Origin: Eledone cirrhosa
Taxonomy: Eukaryota
Direction: 5' to 3'
Assembly (NCBI GenBank): GCA_964016885.1
Contig: OZ024740.1
Coordinates: 84,382,001 to 84,446,000, forward strand
Length of the DNA: 64,000 nt
Part shown: positions 1-11,428 of the stretch, piece after piece
Layout: each line of letters starts with the position of its first letter
Position numbering within the stretch: the stretch's first letter is position 1
Notes under the pieces: generated by a model
Told to the model about the DNA's origin: nothing
Database searches by the model: none
What the model saw: only the letters and a program-made list of their open reading frames with translations
Program-made: the position numbers and the translations under genes

Positions 1-772
1 CACCCTCTCTTCCTCAGAAAGCTATTTTCAATAAGGCATCCTCCTACTATAATAAAGCCCTTCAAAATAGCGGATTTAGCGAACCGATAAAGTACGTATC
101 CAACAATACTAACTCCTTTAAACATAATAATAGGAAAAGAAAAATAATCTGGTTCACACCCCCCTACTCTTTAGCAGTTAAAACTAATGTAGGCAAAAAA
201 TTCCTAGAGCTCTTAGATAAACATTTCCCTAGAACACATAGATACTATAAGATCTTCAATAGAAACTGTGTCAAAATTAGCTACTTCTGCGGTCCCCCTA
301 TTAAATCATATATCATCAATAAGAAAACACCCAGAGAACATCAAAATTGCTCCTGTAGAGTCAAAAGTGAATGCCCATTACAAGGTAAATGCAACAACAC
401 CAAAGCCATTGTATATGCGGCTAAAGTTACAACCATCAGCAACAACCTACCAGCCACCAGCGAACGATATGTGGGTATGACACAAGACAAATTCAAAACT
501 CGTTATTACTCACATGTCGCATCTTTCCGACATCCAGAAAAAAGATTTACAACAGCTCTGGCTAGCAGAATATGGGATTTGAAAGACCAAGGTATCCAAT
601 ATAAATTGGATTGGTCAATTTTGAACAAATCTAAAGAATATGCAAGAGGAACAAGGAGATGCACACTCTGCATAAGTGAAAAAAAATTGGATTTTACAGA
701 ACCTTAAATCAAAACAGAAATTTTCACCAGTTGCCCACACATGAAATCACACTTGCTTTCCAGCTCATATAA
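1..772 (+). pseudogene. 3' part of a Naiad-type Penelope-like element ORF (RT thumb + GIY-YIG endonuclease), frameshifted; runs off the window start
   Basis: Translation across frames gives IIWFTPPYS..KHFP..IFNRNCVKISY, CSCRVKSECPLQGKC, IVYAAKV..YVGMTQDKFKTRYYSH..SF, CTLCISEK and CPH, which is the GIY-YIG plus Cys-motif layout of Naiad PLEs. A T-rich, microsatellite-containing 3' region follows to about 2250. Confidence 0.9.
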
Positions 773-1321
773 ACTCAACTCACTTTCAGATACTTATCCT
801 CCATAAACTCTTGTTCTTCACTTTCCTTAAATTATCCTCTTTACAGACTTCTCTTTCTGATTTACTTTCATTTTTAACTTTATTTATTTATTTTTTATTT
901 TTACTTCACATCCACCAGTGAAACCCCCCCCCCTACTTTTTGATTCACTTACCTAATATCTTCACATTCCACATTTTACTTCCCCATTTTCTTTCACTAC
1001 CTGATAAGACTAGTCACTTGCGTTTTCCACTCCAGATATATTCTGTTGTTTCGCAGCCGATTTTATATTTGTACTCATTTATTCATACGGCTGGTTTATA
1101 ATTTTTATCTATGCGTGTGAGTGTGCATGTGTGTATATACGTTCTTTATATGTATACGAACGCCTCCGTATGTGTGCGTGCGTACGTATATATATGTGTG
1201 CGTATGTGTGTTTTTATATCTATGTTTTTTACATACTTATTTATACGTGTGTGTGTATGTGGGTGAATGTATGTGTATATGTATGTATATATATGTGTAT
1301 GTATATGTATGTATGGATGTG

Positions 1322-1364
<43 letters not shown>

Positions 1365-2081
1365 GCGTACGTACGTGTGATTAGATATACATGGGGCAAT
1401 ATATATGTATACGTGCCTCGTGTGTACGCATGCATGCGCTTTTGTCTGTACGTATTTATATCTATATATATTTATATATATATATATATATATATGCGTA
1501 TACGTGCGTACGTATGTTTGTTTTCTTTTTTCTAGTGTTAATTGATAACCCCTCCCTCTTACTTTCTCTTTGATTTTTAAAAAAAAATGTTTTTTTTTCA
1601 TTCTCATATATTTTTTCATTTTTATACATATATCGAGAATGACACTTCTTTTTACTACTACACTCCCTTCCCTCTTTATCTTCCGCATATAAGCGATCGC
1701 GCGCGTGTGTGTGTGTTTATACGCGTGCTTTCATACTCGTATGTGTATATATTATTTAATACCTGTATCTGGATGTGTGTTAACTATATCTTACAATTTC
1801 TTTTTCAACTCATATTATATACGTATTTGTGGTCACACATACACAAATATATTTGCCCTCGTATATGTACTTACGCACACATTTTCACCATACACATGCA
1901 TTTGTACATACACACATATGTACATTTGTGAGTGTATATACATACATATACACATACCCTAACTACATTTCCTTTTTTTTATATATCTCTTGTAAGTACT
2001 TTTAATTATATATTTTTTTGCCCATTAAACTCTTGCCTTTCTTGAGGAGATTTTTCAAATATTTCACTATGTTTTAAATTA

Positions 2082-2149
2082 CCTTGTCCGATGAACGAAT
2101 GAGAACGTTTTTCGTATTCGTTTTATTCGGGAAACCTCTGGTAATGAAG
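2082..2149 (+). ncRNA. Type I hammerhead-like motif in the PLE 3' pLTR (variant core CCGAUGA)
   Basis: ccttgt-CCGATGA-a-cgaat...attcg-g-GAAA-cc-tct-g-GTA-atgaag; stems I, II and III pair by eye; same layout as 10392-10459. Confidence 0.6.
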
Positions 2150-2254
2150 TAATTATATTGTATTGTTTATTATATATTAAATTTAGCTCTGGTACTTACA
2201 TAGAGCACTCTTCACTCCTATGACTTTTTCAATTTTCAACGGAAACTTCAATAC

Positions 2255-2352
<98 letters not shown>

Positions 2353-2941
2353 CTATGTGTGTAGTTATCTGTGTGTGTGTGTTTGCATTTGTATGTATAC
2401 TTGTGTGTGTATTTTTGCCTTCTTTCATATGTTTATACTTCCACTGGACACACAGACGCATGTATTTATATGTAGTTTTGCGTATGTGATTGTATTTATG
2501 TATCAGTTTATCTTTATGTGTATGACGTTTTTGTATCATTTTGTCCGACCGTTTATCTATATTTTTTTCCCTGTGTATTTGTGTATGTACATGTCTGCAG
2601 ACTAGTGTGTTAATACGCTTCTGTCTATGCCATGTGTATATATATATATGTGTATGTGCATGCGTATTTGTTATATTTATTTACTTTTTTATTTTTTATC
2701 TCGTAGCCTTAACGTTCATATATGTGTGTATTCATGTGTGTGTGTTCATGTGTGTGTGGGTGTGTATATATATATATGTGTGTGTGTGTATAATTTGAGT
2801 ATATGTTGGTTGTTTACGGACACCTCAGTATGCAGATTGGAGAACTCGACGAAGTACGCAGGTTGCTTTGGTTACACCGGAGTAATGTAAAATAAAGTAA
2901 TTAAGTCAAATATTTAAGATTTGGCTTCGTTTATTAAAGAT

Positions 2942-3000
2942 GTACTGCTATATATATTTCGGTGACAGCCATCATTGGCTGTGACCTCTTCAGGAAGTTC
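2942..3000 (-). ncRNA. Minimal type I hammerhead-like motif with palindromic stem III, in the pLTR of the minus-strand PLE
   Basis: Minus strand: gaacttc-CTGAAGA-ggt(c)acagcca-atga-tggctgt(c)acc-GAAA-tatatat-a-gcagtac; strong stem II, AUAUAUAU palindrome, imperfect stem I. Confidence 0.7.
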
Positions 3001-4150
3001 GAATTGGTGTGGTACACATGTTGTAAAAGTGTTTTACTCCGTCACTACTCCGATATGTCCAGCTCCTGGTTGGGTTGTTATTTCTCTGAGGAACTGGAAT
3101 CATATGAATTCGAACAAACGAATTCCGGCATCATAGGACACTCTCTCCTCCCATTGGTCAGTTGTGAGAACATTTCTCAGTCAAAAGTCTATAGAAATTT
3201 TTTTATGAAGCAAGACCAATCTGTTGTGATTGTTTTTGTTAAGTACAGCTGACCTCCTCCCTTGTGTTTATTGGTGTTAAGGGGTCAGCAAGCAGGTCAG
3301 CCTTAGTTCTACTGGTGCTGTCTTTAGAAGAATAAGTGTGTGTGGGTTGGCATCAATCCTACCACCCTTTCACGTGGTGGGGGGTGCCAAACAGATAATG
3401 GAATAAGATAAGGTAAAATGAAGAAACAAAATATAAAAAAATAAGATAAAATAAATAATAAAATAAGATACGATACAAAAAAATGAAGAAGTAAAAAAAA
3501 AAAAAAATAAATGAATAAAATAGAATAAAATGCGTTGTTATAGCCAATATCAAATATCAAAGAAGAATAAAGTGCGTGTGTGTTATAGCCAATATTTAAG
3601 TTTGAAAGATTTGGAAAATATTGATTGAAGTATACAGCCTATGTGTCAGAATCGGGAAGTGCAAAGGATTATAATATTTACACTATCATGGGGTGGTGCG
3701 TTTTAAGCGCAAATGAGGCAAGAGTGGAGTGTAAAACACCATAACCCGAGTGTCAAAATCCGGAAATGCAGAGGAATACAGTTTTTAATTCGGCATAGAG
3801 TACATATGTGTGTATGTCAACCCACATCGTTACAAGCCCACACGTACCAACACAAGCCCAGGTGCATCCCATATTCACACACACCCACACACACACAGAT
3901 TATACAAACACACACAAACCCACATATATATATATGTATATATATACTCGCACACACACGCACACACACATATATACACACACACACACACACATATGTA
4001 AGTATGAGTGCATGTACAATCTTAATTAACAGGATCTATGGATGGACATATGCATAAGTCTGTGCTGCCATAGGGGTCGATCGAGGTAGGGGTAGGGGTG
4101 GTGAAAGTGTAGGGGGTGGTCTACGGTGGGCTCGGTGTGGCGGGCCTACT

Positions 4151-4452
4151 GTCCTTATAGCTTGAGGGAAGTTCCCTTCCCAATGCCTTGTTGTTGCCCA
4201 TATAATTAGAGGAAGGTCCCGGCTCTGAGGTGTCTACATGTCCCGGGGAAGTCCCTATAGCTTGAGGGAAGTTCCCATCCCAAAGTGTTGTTATTGTTCA
4301 TATAGCTTGAGGAAGGTCCGGGCCTGGAGTGTCTACATGTCCCGGAGAAGTCCCTATAGCTTGAGAGAAGTTCCCCTCCCAGTGTGTTGTTATTGTCCAT
4401 ATAGCTTGAGGAAGGTCCCGGCTCTGAGGTGTCTACATGTCCCGAAGAAGTC
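4151..4452. repeat. Three tandem ~100-bp copies overlapping the 3' end of the PLE ORF
   Basis: Unit gtccytatagcttgagrgaagttccc...gtgtctacatgtcccg starts at 4151, 4251 and 4350. Confidence 0.9.
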
Positions 4453-5495
4453 AGTCCTGAGTTTTATCAGGCTGCTTCCACCGCTGAGTATCTCGAGGAT
4501 CTCGCTCAGACATAGTTTGCAGATGCCAGATCCTCCTTTATCAGGTGGCACTTTCCTGATTTTGGACCAGGCCAGAGAGTACGGGGTCCTGTCCAGCTTG
4601 AGCTTCCAGATCAGTTCAGAAAGAGCCGTACTTTTCCTTTTGTCCTCCCTGTTAAAGGAATGGCGATGGTTATACCATCGATCCTTAAAGCTCATTGATG
4701 TGGCTCCTATGTAAAGGTGTTCAGAGTGTGGGATTTTTACTCTACATCCGTATATTAAGTTCTTCCTTACGCATTCATTACTAAGGGGGCATAATGCTGG
4801 ATTTCTGCAGTTGCAGGAGGTGGTCGACCTCCGCGTGCCTAATGTGGGGTTCCCGTTGCGTATTATATGGTGGTCCACCCCCGGGTCCGGTGGGGGGTCC
4901 CTGGGTCTGTTTGGGTTGCTGGGTCCACCCTTCTTTCCCTCCACATGGTTCTGCCGGGTGCCATATTGCCAGCTTCCGGTTGTGTGTGGTTTTTAAGTCT
5001 ACCCCAATTAATGCTAGCTATGTGCTGGGCCACATTTCGCGTGGTAGAATATGAAAGCTTTACAGTGTGTCTGTTGAAGATCTTGCGGTATCTATGGTAC
5101 TTCGGGAAGCATTTATATGGTGCTCAAAATAATGAGCAGGCCATGCTGTTCTTTAAAGCCAGTGAGTATGGTGGGTTGTACCACGTGATTGTTCTGTGTC
5201 TACTCCTATGTGGGTGGGTTGAGCGTGTCTTGGGCTGTTCGGGAGTTGTTGGGTTGCTAGTGGTTCCCGCAATGCTGCTTCTCCTTTGGGCGCTATGTGT
5301 TCTGCTAACTTCCCGGCCCGTATCTCTGAGGTGGTTGTTACCCATGCTGGGAGTTCTACGGTGGGATGGTCTTCAATCGGTCCCGCTTCATGTCTTGCGG
5401 TTGGCGGCGTCGGGCACGGGGTGGTTGATATCACCCCTGAGACCGCTACTCGTACCGGGTTTCCTCCCATGGTTATGTGTACGCGTGCCCCTCGC
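4390..5495 (-). pseudogene. 5'-truncated Naiad-type PLE (linker + GIY-YIG endonuclease); element spans about 2815-5500
   Basis: TITWYNPPYSLALK, then CNCRNPALCPLSNEC..LIYGCRV..LYIGATSMSFKDRWYNHRHSF..STALSELIW..CKLCLSE..TCRH. Confidence 0.9.
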
Positions 5496-5552
5496 CAATG
5501 TGTGTATATATATGTGTGTGTGTGTATATATATATGTGTGTGTATATGTTTG

Positions 5553-5611
<59 letters not shown>

Positions 5612-5725
5612 GTATATATATACAGTATGTATATACAGTATGTATATATACAGTATATAAATATATAGTATATATATATAGTATATATATATAGTATATA
5701 TGTATAGTATATATATATATATATA

Positions 5726-5790
<65 letters not shown>

Positions 5791-5877
5791 GGAAAAATTT
5801 GAACAGGGACAAGACAGAGAGGCAGTACAACGAATGTTTATTAATTTCACGCTCTGGAGAGTGGGGTGTTGGTGGGG

Positions 5878-5912
5878 GACGACGTTTCGGGCATAAGCCC
5901 TTCCTCAGGTGA
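5878..5912 (-). ncRNA. Minimal hammerhead-like motif at the end of a low-complexity non-coding element (about 5790-7270)
   Basis: Minus strand: CTGAGGA-a-gggc-ttat-gccc-GAAAC-gtc-GTC; typical PLE pLTR pattern, but stem I does not pair. Confidence 0.55.
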
Positions 5913-7271
5913 GAAGTGTGTGGGAACAGAGTTCAAAGGGTGTGTAGGGGAGTGGTAGAGAGACATATAGCGAAAGGAAACGGTGCGAATGAAAAAATAA
6001 AAAATAAAGATAAAAATAAAAATAAAGCATGATCAAAATACAAGGAATGAGATAAATTTAAAAATAAAGGCATGATCAAAATAAACTGAAATTAAAAGGG
6101 GGGTAAACAGGTGGTGGAAGGGTGTGGGGTGTGTAGGGGTGGTGGCGGGTGGAGTGGGGAGAGGGAGACGGGGTGTCCGAGCGGGGAGGGCTGAAGGTGG
6201 TGTGTGTGTGTGTAGGTGTGCGTGTGTGTGTGTGTGTGTGTATGTGAAAGTAAGGGTTGGGGGAAGAACGGGGTTGCATGTTCAGGAAGAGGTGTGTGTG
6301 TGGATAGAGGGGGGAGAGGAATCAGGAGGCTGAGGGTGTAAATATGTGGTAGAAAGCACGTGTGTGTGGGGTTTAAGCGTGTTGTGGGTGTAGGTGGCGT
6401 GTGGAGAAAAAAATTGTTTGGGGTGTGTGTGTGGGTGAGTTATATAGGTGATTACGTAAGAGGATGGTTGAAAAGTTGGTAAATTCCGAAGATGTTTAGT
6501 GGATTGGTTGTTGGTCAATTTCTGCGTGTGGGTATTCCATGAAGCGATGGTCGGAAGAGGAGAGATGTGGGGTGCGCGCGCAACAGGAAGTGGTCAGCAG
6601 TGGGAGTGCTGTGGTCTGTTTGTGCTGGGAGGTGGTCAGAGGGCATAGCAGCAGTCGGTGGAATGGTAAAGGGGCGAGGATGGGTAGGTGTGAAAGTTGG
6701 AGTGAGGAGGGTGTGTGTGTGTGTATTAGTAGGGGTGTTAGTGGGATGAGTGAGTGTGGAGCGAGGGTGTGGGTGGAGCGGGGAGAGAAGGGTGTGTGTG
6801 GTTCTATGGAGGGAGTGTGGTGTACTGGTGTGTGTGTAGTTTGATGAAGAGGTGTTAGTGGGTGTTAGTATACGGGAGGTGGGGAGGGGTTGAATGCAGG
6901 TGTGAGTGGGGGTTAGTGGTGGTAGGGTGTGTAGAGTTGGTAGTGTACGAGGGTGTGTGGGTACGTGTGCGTGGGATTGGGGGTGTTAGTGATGTTAGTT
7001 GCGTGTGGGGTAGGTGGTGTAAGTGGGTGCGTGTGTTCGTGTGCTTGGGGTTAGGGGGTGTTAGTGAGGTTAGTTGCGGGGTGGTGGGATGGAGGTGTGG
7101 GGTGAGAGGTGAGGGGGTGAGGGTTAGTGGTGGTAGTAGGGTGTGTGTTTAGTGTGAGCGCGTGTATATATGTGCCGGTGGGTGTGTGCGTGTGATAAGG
7201 AGGGGGAGGAGGAGAAGAGGGAAGGGAAGGGATGTTAGTATGTTAGTTGGGGAAGGGTGGTCAGATAAGGG

Positions 7272-7304
<33 letters not shown>

Positions 7305-7497
7305 TATATATATACAGTATGTATATATATATATATACAGTATGTATATATATATATATACAGTATGTATATATGTGTGTATGTGTGTTTGTGTGTGTGT
7401 GTGTATGTGTGTATATGCTTGTATATGTATATGTTTGTACGTATATATATTCGTAGATATATATATATATGTGCGTATACATACATATATATATATG

Positions 7498-7528
<31 letters not shown>

Positions 7529-7663
7529 ATTTGCCTATGTATGTATTTGCAGACTAATATGTTTATACGCTTGTGTCTATGCTATGTGTATATTTATGTA
7601 TTTTCACGCGTATTTGTTATAATATATTTTTACCTTTATAAGCTCGCAGCCTGAGCGTATGTT

Positions 7664-7732
<69 letters not shown>

Positions 7733-7938
7733 ATATGTATATATACATACATGTATATATGTATATATACATACATGTATATATATCTATATGTCCATGT
7801 ACATGTATGTTTGCGTATATATATATATATATATATACACAAACATACACATATACATACACTTATACACACGCACATAAATACATATACAGACATATAC
7901 ATACACACACACATATACATATACACACACACATATAA

Positions 7939-10131
7939 CACTGGTCTGCGATGTTTTCAAGGTCTAACATATAATACATGATTTTAGGCCAGTTTTTTGC
8001 ACTGAATCCAAAAATCATGCTTATTTTACTCAATCAGATCAGGTTAATGAAATATTAGCACATTAAAAATATCCTAAATTCCGATCTATTTGTAGGTGAA
8101 TAAAACGCAATATTGAAAATATTAGACTGATTTATTCACAGAAGGCTTACAAAATATTTTGAATAGATAGCAAGAAGAGTATAATGAACTAAGGAAGCTA
8201 CTCATGGATGAATGGTCTCTTCAGGGACTTCCGTTTGTGCTGAGCAGACTGCGCATCCCTCTTTAGGCACCAGCAGTAGTCGGCCAGAAAGTTGAGATCC
8301 CATCGGCCTTGATAGCGTTCCTCCATAACACTGATATCTTGGTGAAAGCGCTCACCATGTTCTTCACTGAAGTCTCCACAATTCTCTGGAAAATAGTCCA
8401 GATGAGACCGGAGGAAGAGCATTTTCACTGACACGCGCGCACCAAGTTGGCGGAAATTCTCCATTAACTCATCAACCACCTTCTGATACTGGGAACTTCT
8501 GTGGTTGCCAAGGAAGTTTGCAATGACTGACTTAAGGGACAACCAGGCAGAGAGTTTAGCAGGATTCAGTGCATCATCAAAACTAGTATCCTTGATGAGT
8601 TCCCTTATTTGAGGACCATCAAATATACCTGCCTTAATTTTCTCCATGCTTTTTCGTTGAAACTTCTGATGGAGGAAAGCAAATCCTCCACCTTCGCAGT
8701 CTAATGCCTTTACAAAGTTCTTCATGAGACCGAGTTTGATGTGGCGGGTTGGAAGCAATATCTTGCTCGGTTCAACCAGAGGGTGGGACAAAACGTTGTG
8801 TGATCCAGGTTTTAATCCTTGTCTTAATGGCCACTCTTGTCTGACATAATGCTGGTCATCAGCACGGCTATCCCATAAGCACAGAAAGCATGGATACTTT
8901 GTGTAACCACCTTGAAGTCCTAGGATGAGTCCAACAACTTTAAGATGTCCACAGATCAACCATTTATGTTTCTGGTAGTTCAGAGCAGACAACAGACGTT
9001 CCATGCTTTTGTGGGATTCTTCTATTTCAAATGAGTGCCCAACAGGGATCGATGAAAACTTGTTTCCGATATTCAGAAGAACTGCTTTGAGACTTCTGTT
9101 AGATGAGTCAATGAAAAGTCTCCATTCCATAACATCATACTTCAGACCAAGTAATTCAATCAGGTCAGCAATATTGCTACAGTAGACCAGTGAAGATGCT
9201 TCATCAAACATGAAGAATTTTCTAAATTCTCTCTCGCGGTCCCGATACCAATAGAATGTTGTTCCTGGCACCAGTAGACGTTTCTCTTGAAGGCGAGAAC
9301 CCAGTAGCTGGGCAGACTCCTTCGAAAGGTTCAGGTCTCGTGTCAGGTCATTGAGTTCGGCTTGGGTCAAAGTCACCGGTTGGTCGTCCTCTTCTGACCT
9401 GTATTCATCACACTTAGCTGTATCTTTCATGTCACTAAATTCGGAATCAGAACTAGATTCCATGGTGACATTTGGCTCAGGAACAGGAAGATCGGGGCTA
9501 TGGGGGACTGGCTTTATGGCAGAAGGAACATCAGGGTATTGAACATGGTGCTTGTTCTTGCGATTGATGCCTTTTAGATTTGTCATGCAAAAGTAGCAGT
9601 CAGTAACGTGATCTTTCCCTTCCCTCCACACCATTGGGACACCAAATGGCATACTCTTCCTTTTCTTGTTCCTCCAATCCCGTAAGTTCTCTACACATGT
9701 TTTGCAGTAGATATGGGGAGCGAATAGCTTATCCTGGTCCCCTAGTTTGACTCCAAAGTAAGCGTGATATGCCCTCTTCACAAAATCCGTGATTTTTGCT
9801 TGACGGTCTGGAAGAACCACATGTCCGCAGATGTAACAGAACCTATTAGGATGGTTTTTACACTTCCGATCCATTTTTCTAGACCTGAAAAGAGAAATAA
9901 AAATAATTATTAAAGGTTACCCACGACCCGGTTTTGCAAAAGCAAAGCCCATAAACGCTTGGATTGCGATATTTTAGAAAAATATGCTGGAAAACAAATA
10001 GACTATATCTTAGAAACCAGACCTGACCCAGAAAAATAAACTGTATTTTTGAATTCAGCATGCAAAAAGGGTCCTAAATCATTTGGAAAACCCTTGACCT
10101 TTTAAAAAAAGTTTTGAAACGCAGACCAGTG
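7939..10131 (-). mobile_element. Full-length Chapaev3-type (CMC/Transib-related) DNA transposon
   Basis: Perfect 12-bp TIRs CACTGGTCTGCG (7939-7950) and CGCAGACCAGTG (10120-10131); TAA on both sides (7936-7938, 10132-10134) matches a 3-bp TWA target-site duplication; encloses a transposase ORF. Confidence 0.9.
8198..9874 (-). CDS. Chapaev3-type transposase, 558 aa (N-terminal Cys-rich zinc-finger region + DDE core); second catalytic Asp appears replaced by His
   Basis: Motifs FCYICG, GDQDK, VPMVWRE..DH..DCYFC, WRLFIDSS, ICG[H]LKV, QGGYTKYPCFLCLWDSR, HIKLGLMKNFVKAL, GIFDGPQIR, SEEHGERFHQDI, RYQGRW..LADYCW. Confidence 0.88.
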   Translation of the reverse strand: MDRKCKNHPNRFCYICGHVVLPDRQAKITDFVKRAYHAYFGVKLGDQDKLFAPHIYCKTCVENLRDWRNKKRKSMPFGVPMVWREGKDHVTDCYFCMTNLKGINRKNKHHVQYPDVPSAIKPVPHSPDLPVPEPNVTMESSSDSEFSDMKDTAKCDEYRSEEDDQPVTLTQAELNDLTRDLNLSKESAQLLGSRLQEKRLLVPGTTFYWYRDREREFRKFFMFDEASSLVYCSNIADLIELLGLKYDVMEWRLFIDSSNRSLKAVLLNIGNKFSSIPVGHSFEIEESHKSMERLLSALNYQKHKWLICGHLKVVGLILGLQGGYTKYPCFLCLWDSRADDQHYVRQEWPLRQGLKPGSHNVLSHPLVEPSKILLPTRHIKLGLMKNFVKALDCEGGGFAFLHQKFQRKSMEKIKAGIFDGPQIRELIKDTSFDDALNPAKLSAWLSLKSVIANFLGNHRSSQYQKVVDELMENFRQLGARVSVKMLFLRSHLDYFPENCGDFSEEHGERFHQDISVMEERYQGRWDLNFLADYCWCLKRDAQSAQHKRKSLKRPFIHE

Positions 10132-10391
10132 TAATATATATATACATATAATATACATATATATACATGTATGTATATATACGCTAATATATAAGTACGC
10201 TACGTTATAAGTAAAATATATTTTACTTATATCTGAATGTGTGTATTGCTATATATTTTTATATATTATTTTTCTTACCCTTCTTTATTTATATATTTTT
10301 TCCTATATTTTTTCTTCTGTTATTTTTCCAGCCTCACTTACAATTATTAACAGATATTTAAATCTCATTTCATATTTTTTATCCATAACAT

Positions 10392-10459
10392 CTCTGTCTG
10401 ATGACCCCTCCAGACGTATAGTAATATTGTCTGGGGTCCAGAAACCTTTGGTAATGGAG
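10392..10459 (+). ncRNA. Type I hammerhead-like motif in a solo PLE pLTR (about 10190-10545)
   Basis: ctctgt-CTGATGA-ccc(ct)ccagac...gtctggggtcca-GAAA-cc-ttt-g-GTA^atggag; stem I has 6 bp including G-U, stem III has 3 bp. Confidence 0.7.
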
Positions 10460-10559
10460 TAGATATATTTTGTTTTGTTCACTTTCTAATTAAATAGCTC
10501 TGTTCTATACAATGAGCACTCTTTGCTTTCCTTCGGAATTATCTAACACACACACACAA

Positions 10560-10595
<36 letters not shown>

Positions 10596-10601
<6 letters not shown>

Positions 10602-10784
10602 TCTACGTTTGGCACAAGGCCAGAAATTACCCAGAGCATTACTGTTACTTTATTTTATCGACCCCGTAAGGATGAAAGGCAAAGTTAACCTCGGCGGGAT
10701 TTGAACTCAGAATGGCAAGGGCCGTAACTCTATACGTCAAAGCATAGCGTCCGACCCTCTACCGATACTGCCAATCCACCGCCC
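10596..10784 (-). mobile_element. tRNA-headed octopod-type SINE
   Basis: Head gggcggtggattggcagtatcggtagag (A-box), gagttcaaatcccgccgagg (B-box), body gcctttcatccttacggggtcgataaaataaagt, tail ccttgtgcc..gtagaaacaat; many copies in the window. Confidence 0.9.
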
Positions 10785-11306
10785 TATATATATATAGGAG
10801 GAAGTTATAGTTCACTTGAAGCATTGTGTAATGAGGAATAAACGTTTGTATTTGTAAAGCCAAAACAATGCAGGTATGGATATAGAATATAAATGCAAAT
10901 GCAAAAGATATTGTTGACAATTAGTCTTTTACCTTAAATTTATTTAAATATCTTTACTTTTCGAGAGAGATAATATCTCTTCTTCGGAGGGAAGTAAAGT
11001 AGTTAAACCAGCGTTCTAAATAGCTTGCCAAGTCATGCTGACAGGAAATGGTATAGAGTATCTGTTCTATCTCTAATGTCAAAGAGAGAAGGTTAGGTGG
11101 ATAAAGAGTAGTTTCCCGTTAAAAGGTTTTTTTTTACATGTATCTTTAAGTGTGTGGGAGAATACGTGAAGGTGTAAATATGTGTGTGTGAGTGTGAGAA
11201 GATATGTCTATACGTAAATGTGGGGGATAGATGTTCTCTCGTGTTAGAACTCGTCTTTGTGTATGTATGTGTGTGTGAGAGAGAGAATAAGTGGATGTGT
11301 AAGCGC

Positions 11307-11379
<73 letters not shown>

Positions 11380-11428
11380 CGTGTGCGTAAGAGGGGGTGT
11401 GTAAATATGGGGCTAGGTGCTCTATCAA

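Noticed and set aside
1121-2890. Numerous YIYI/VCVC/HTHT ORFs here and throughout the window
   Set aside because: Translations of (TA)n, (TG)n and (CA)n microsatellites.
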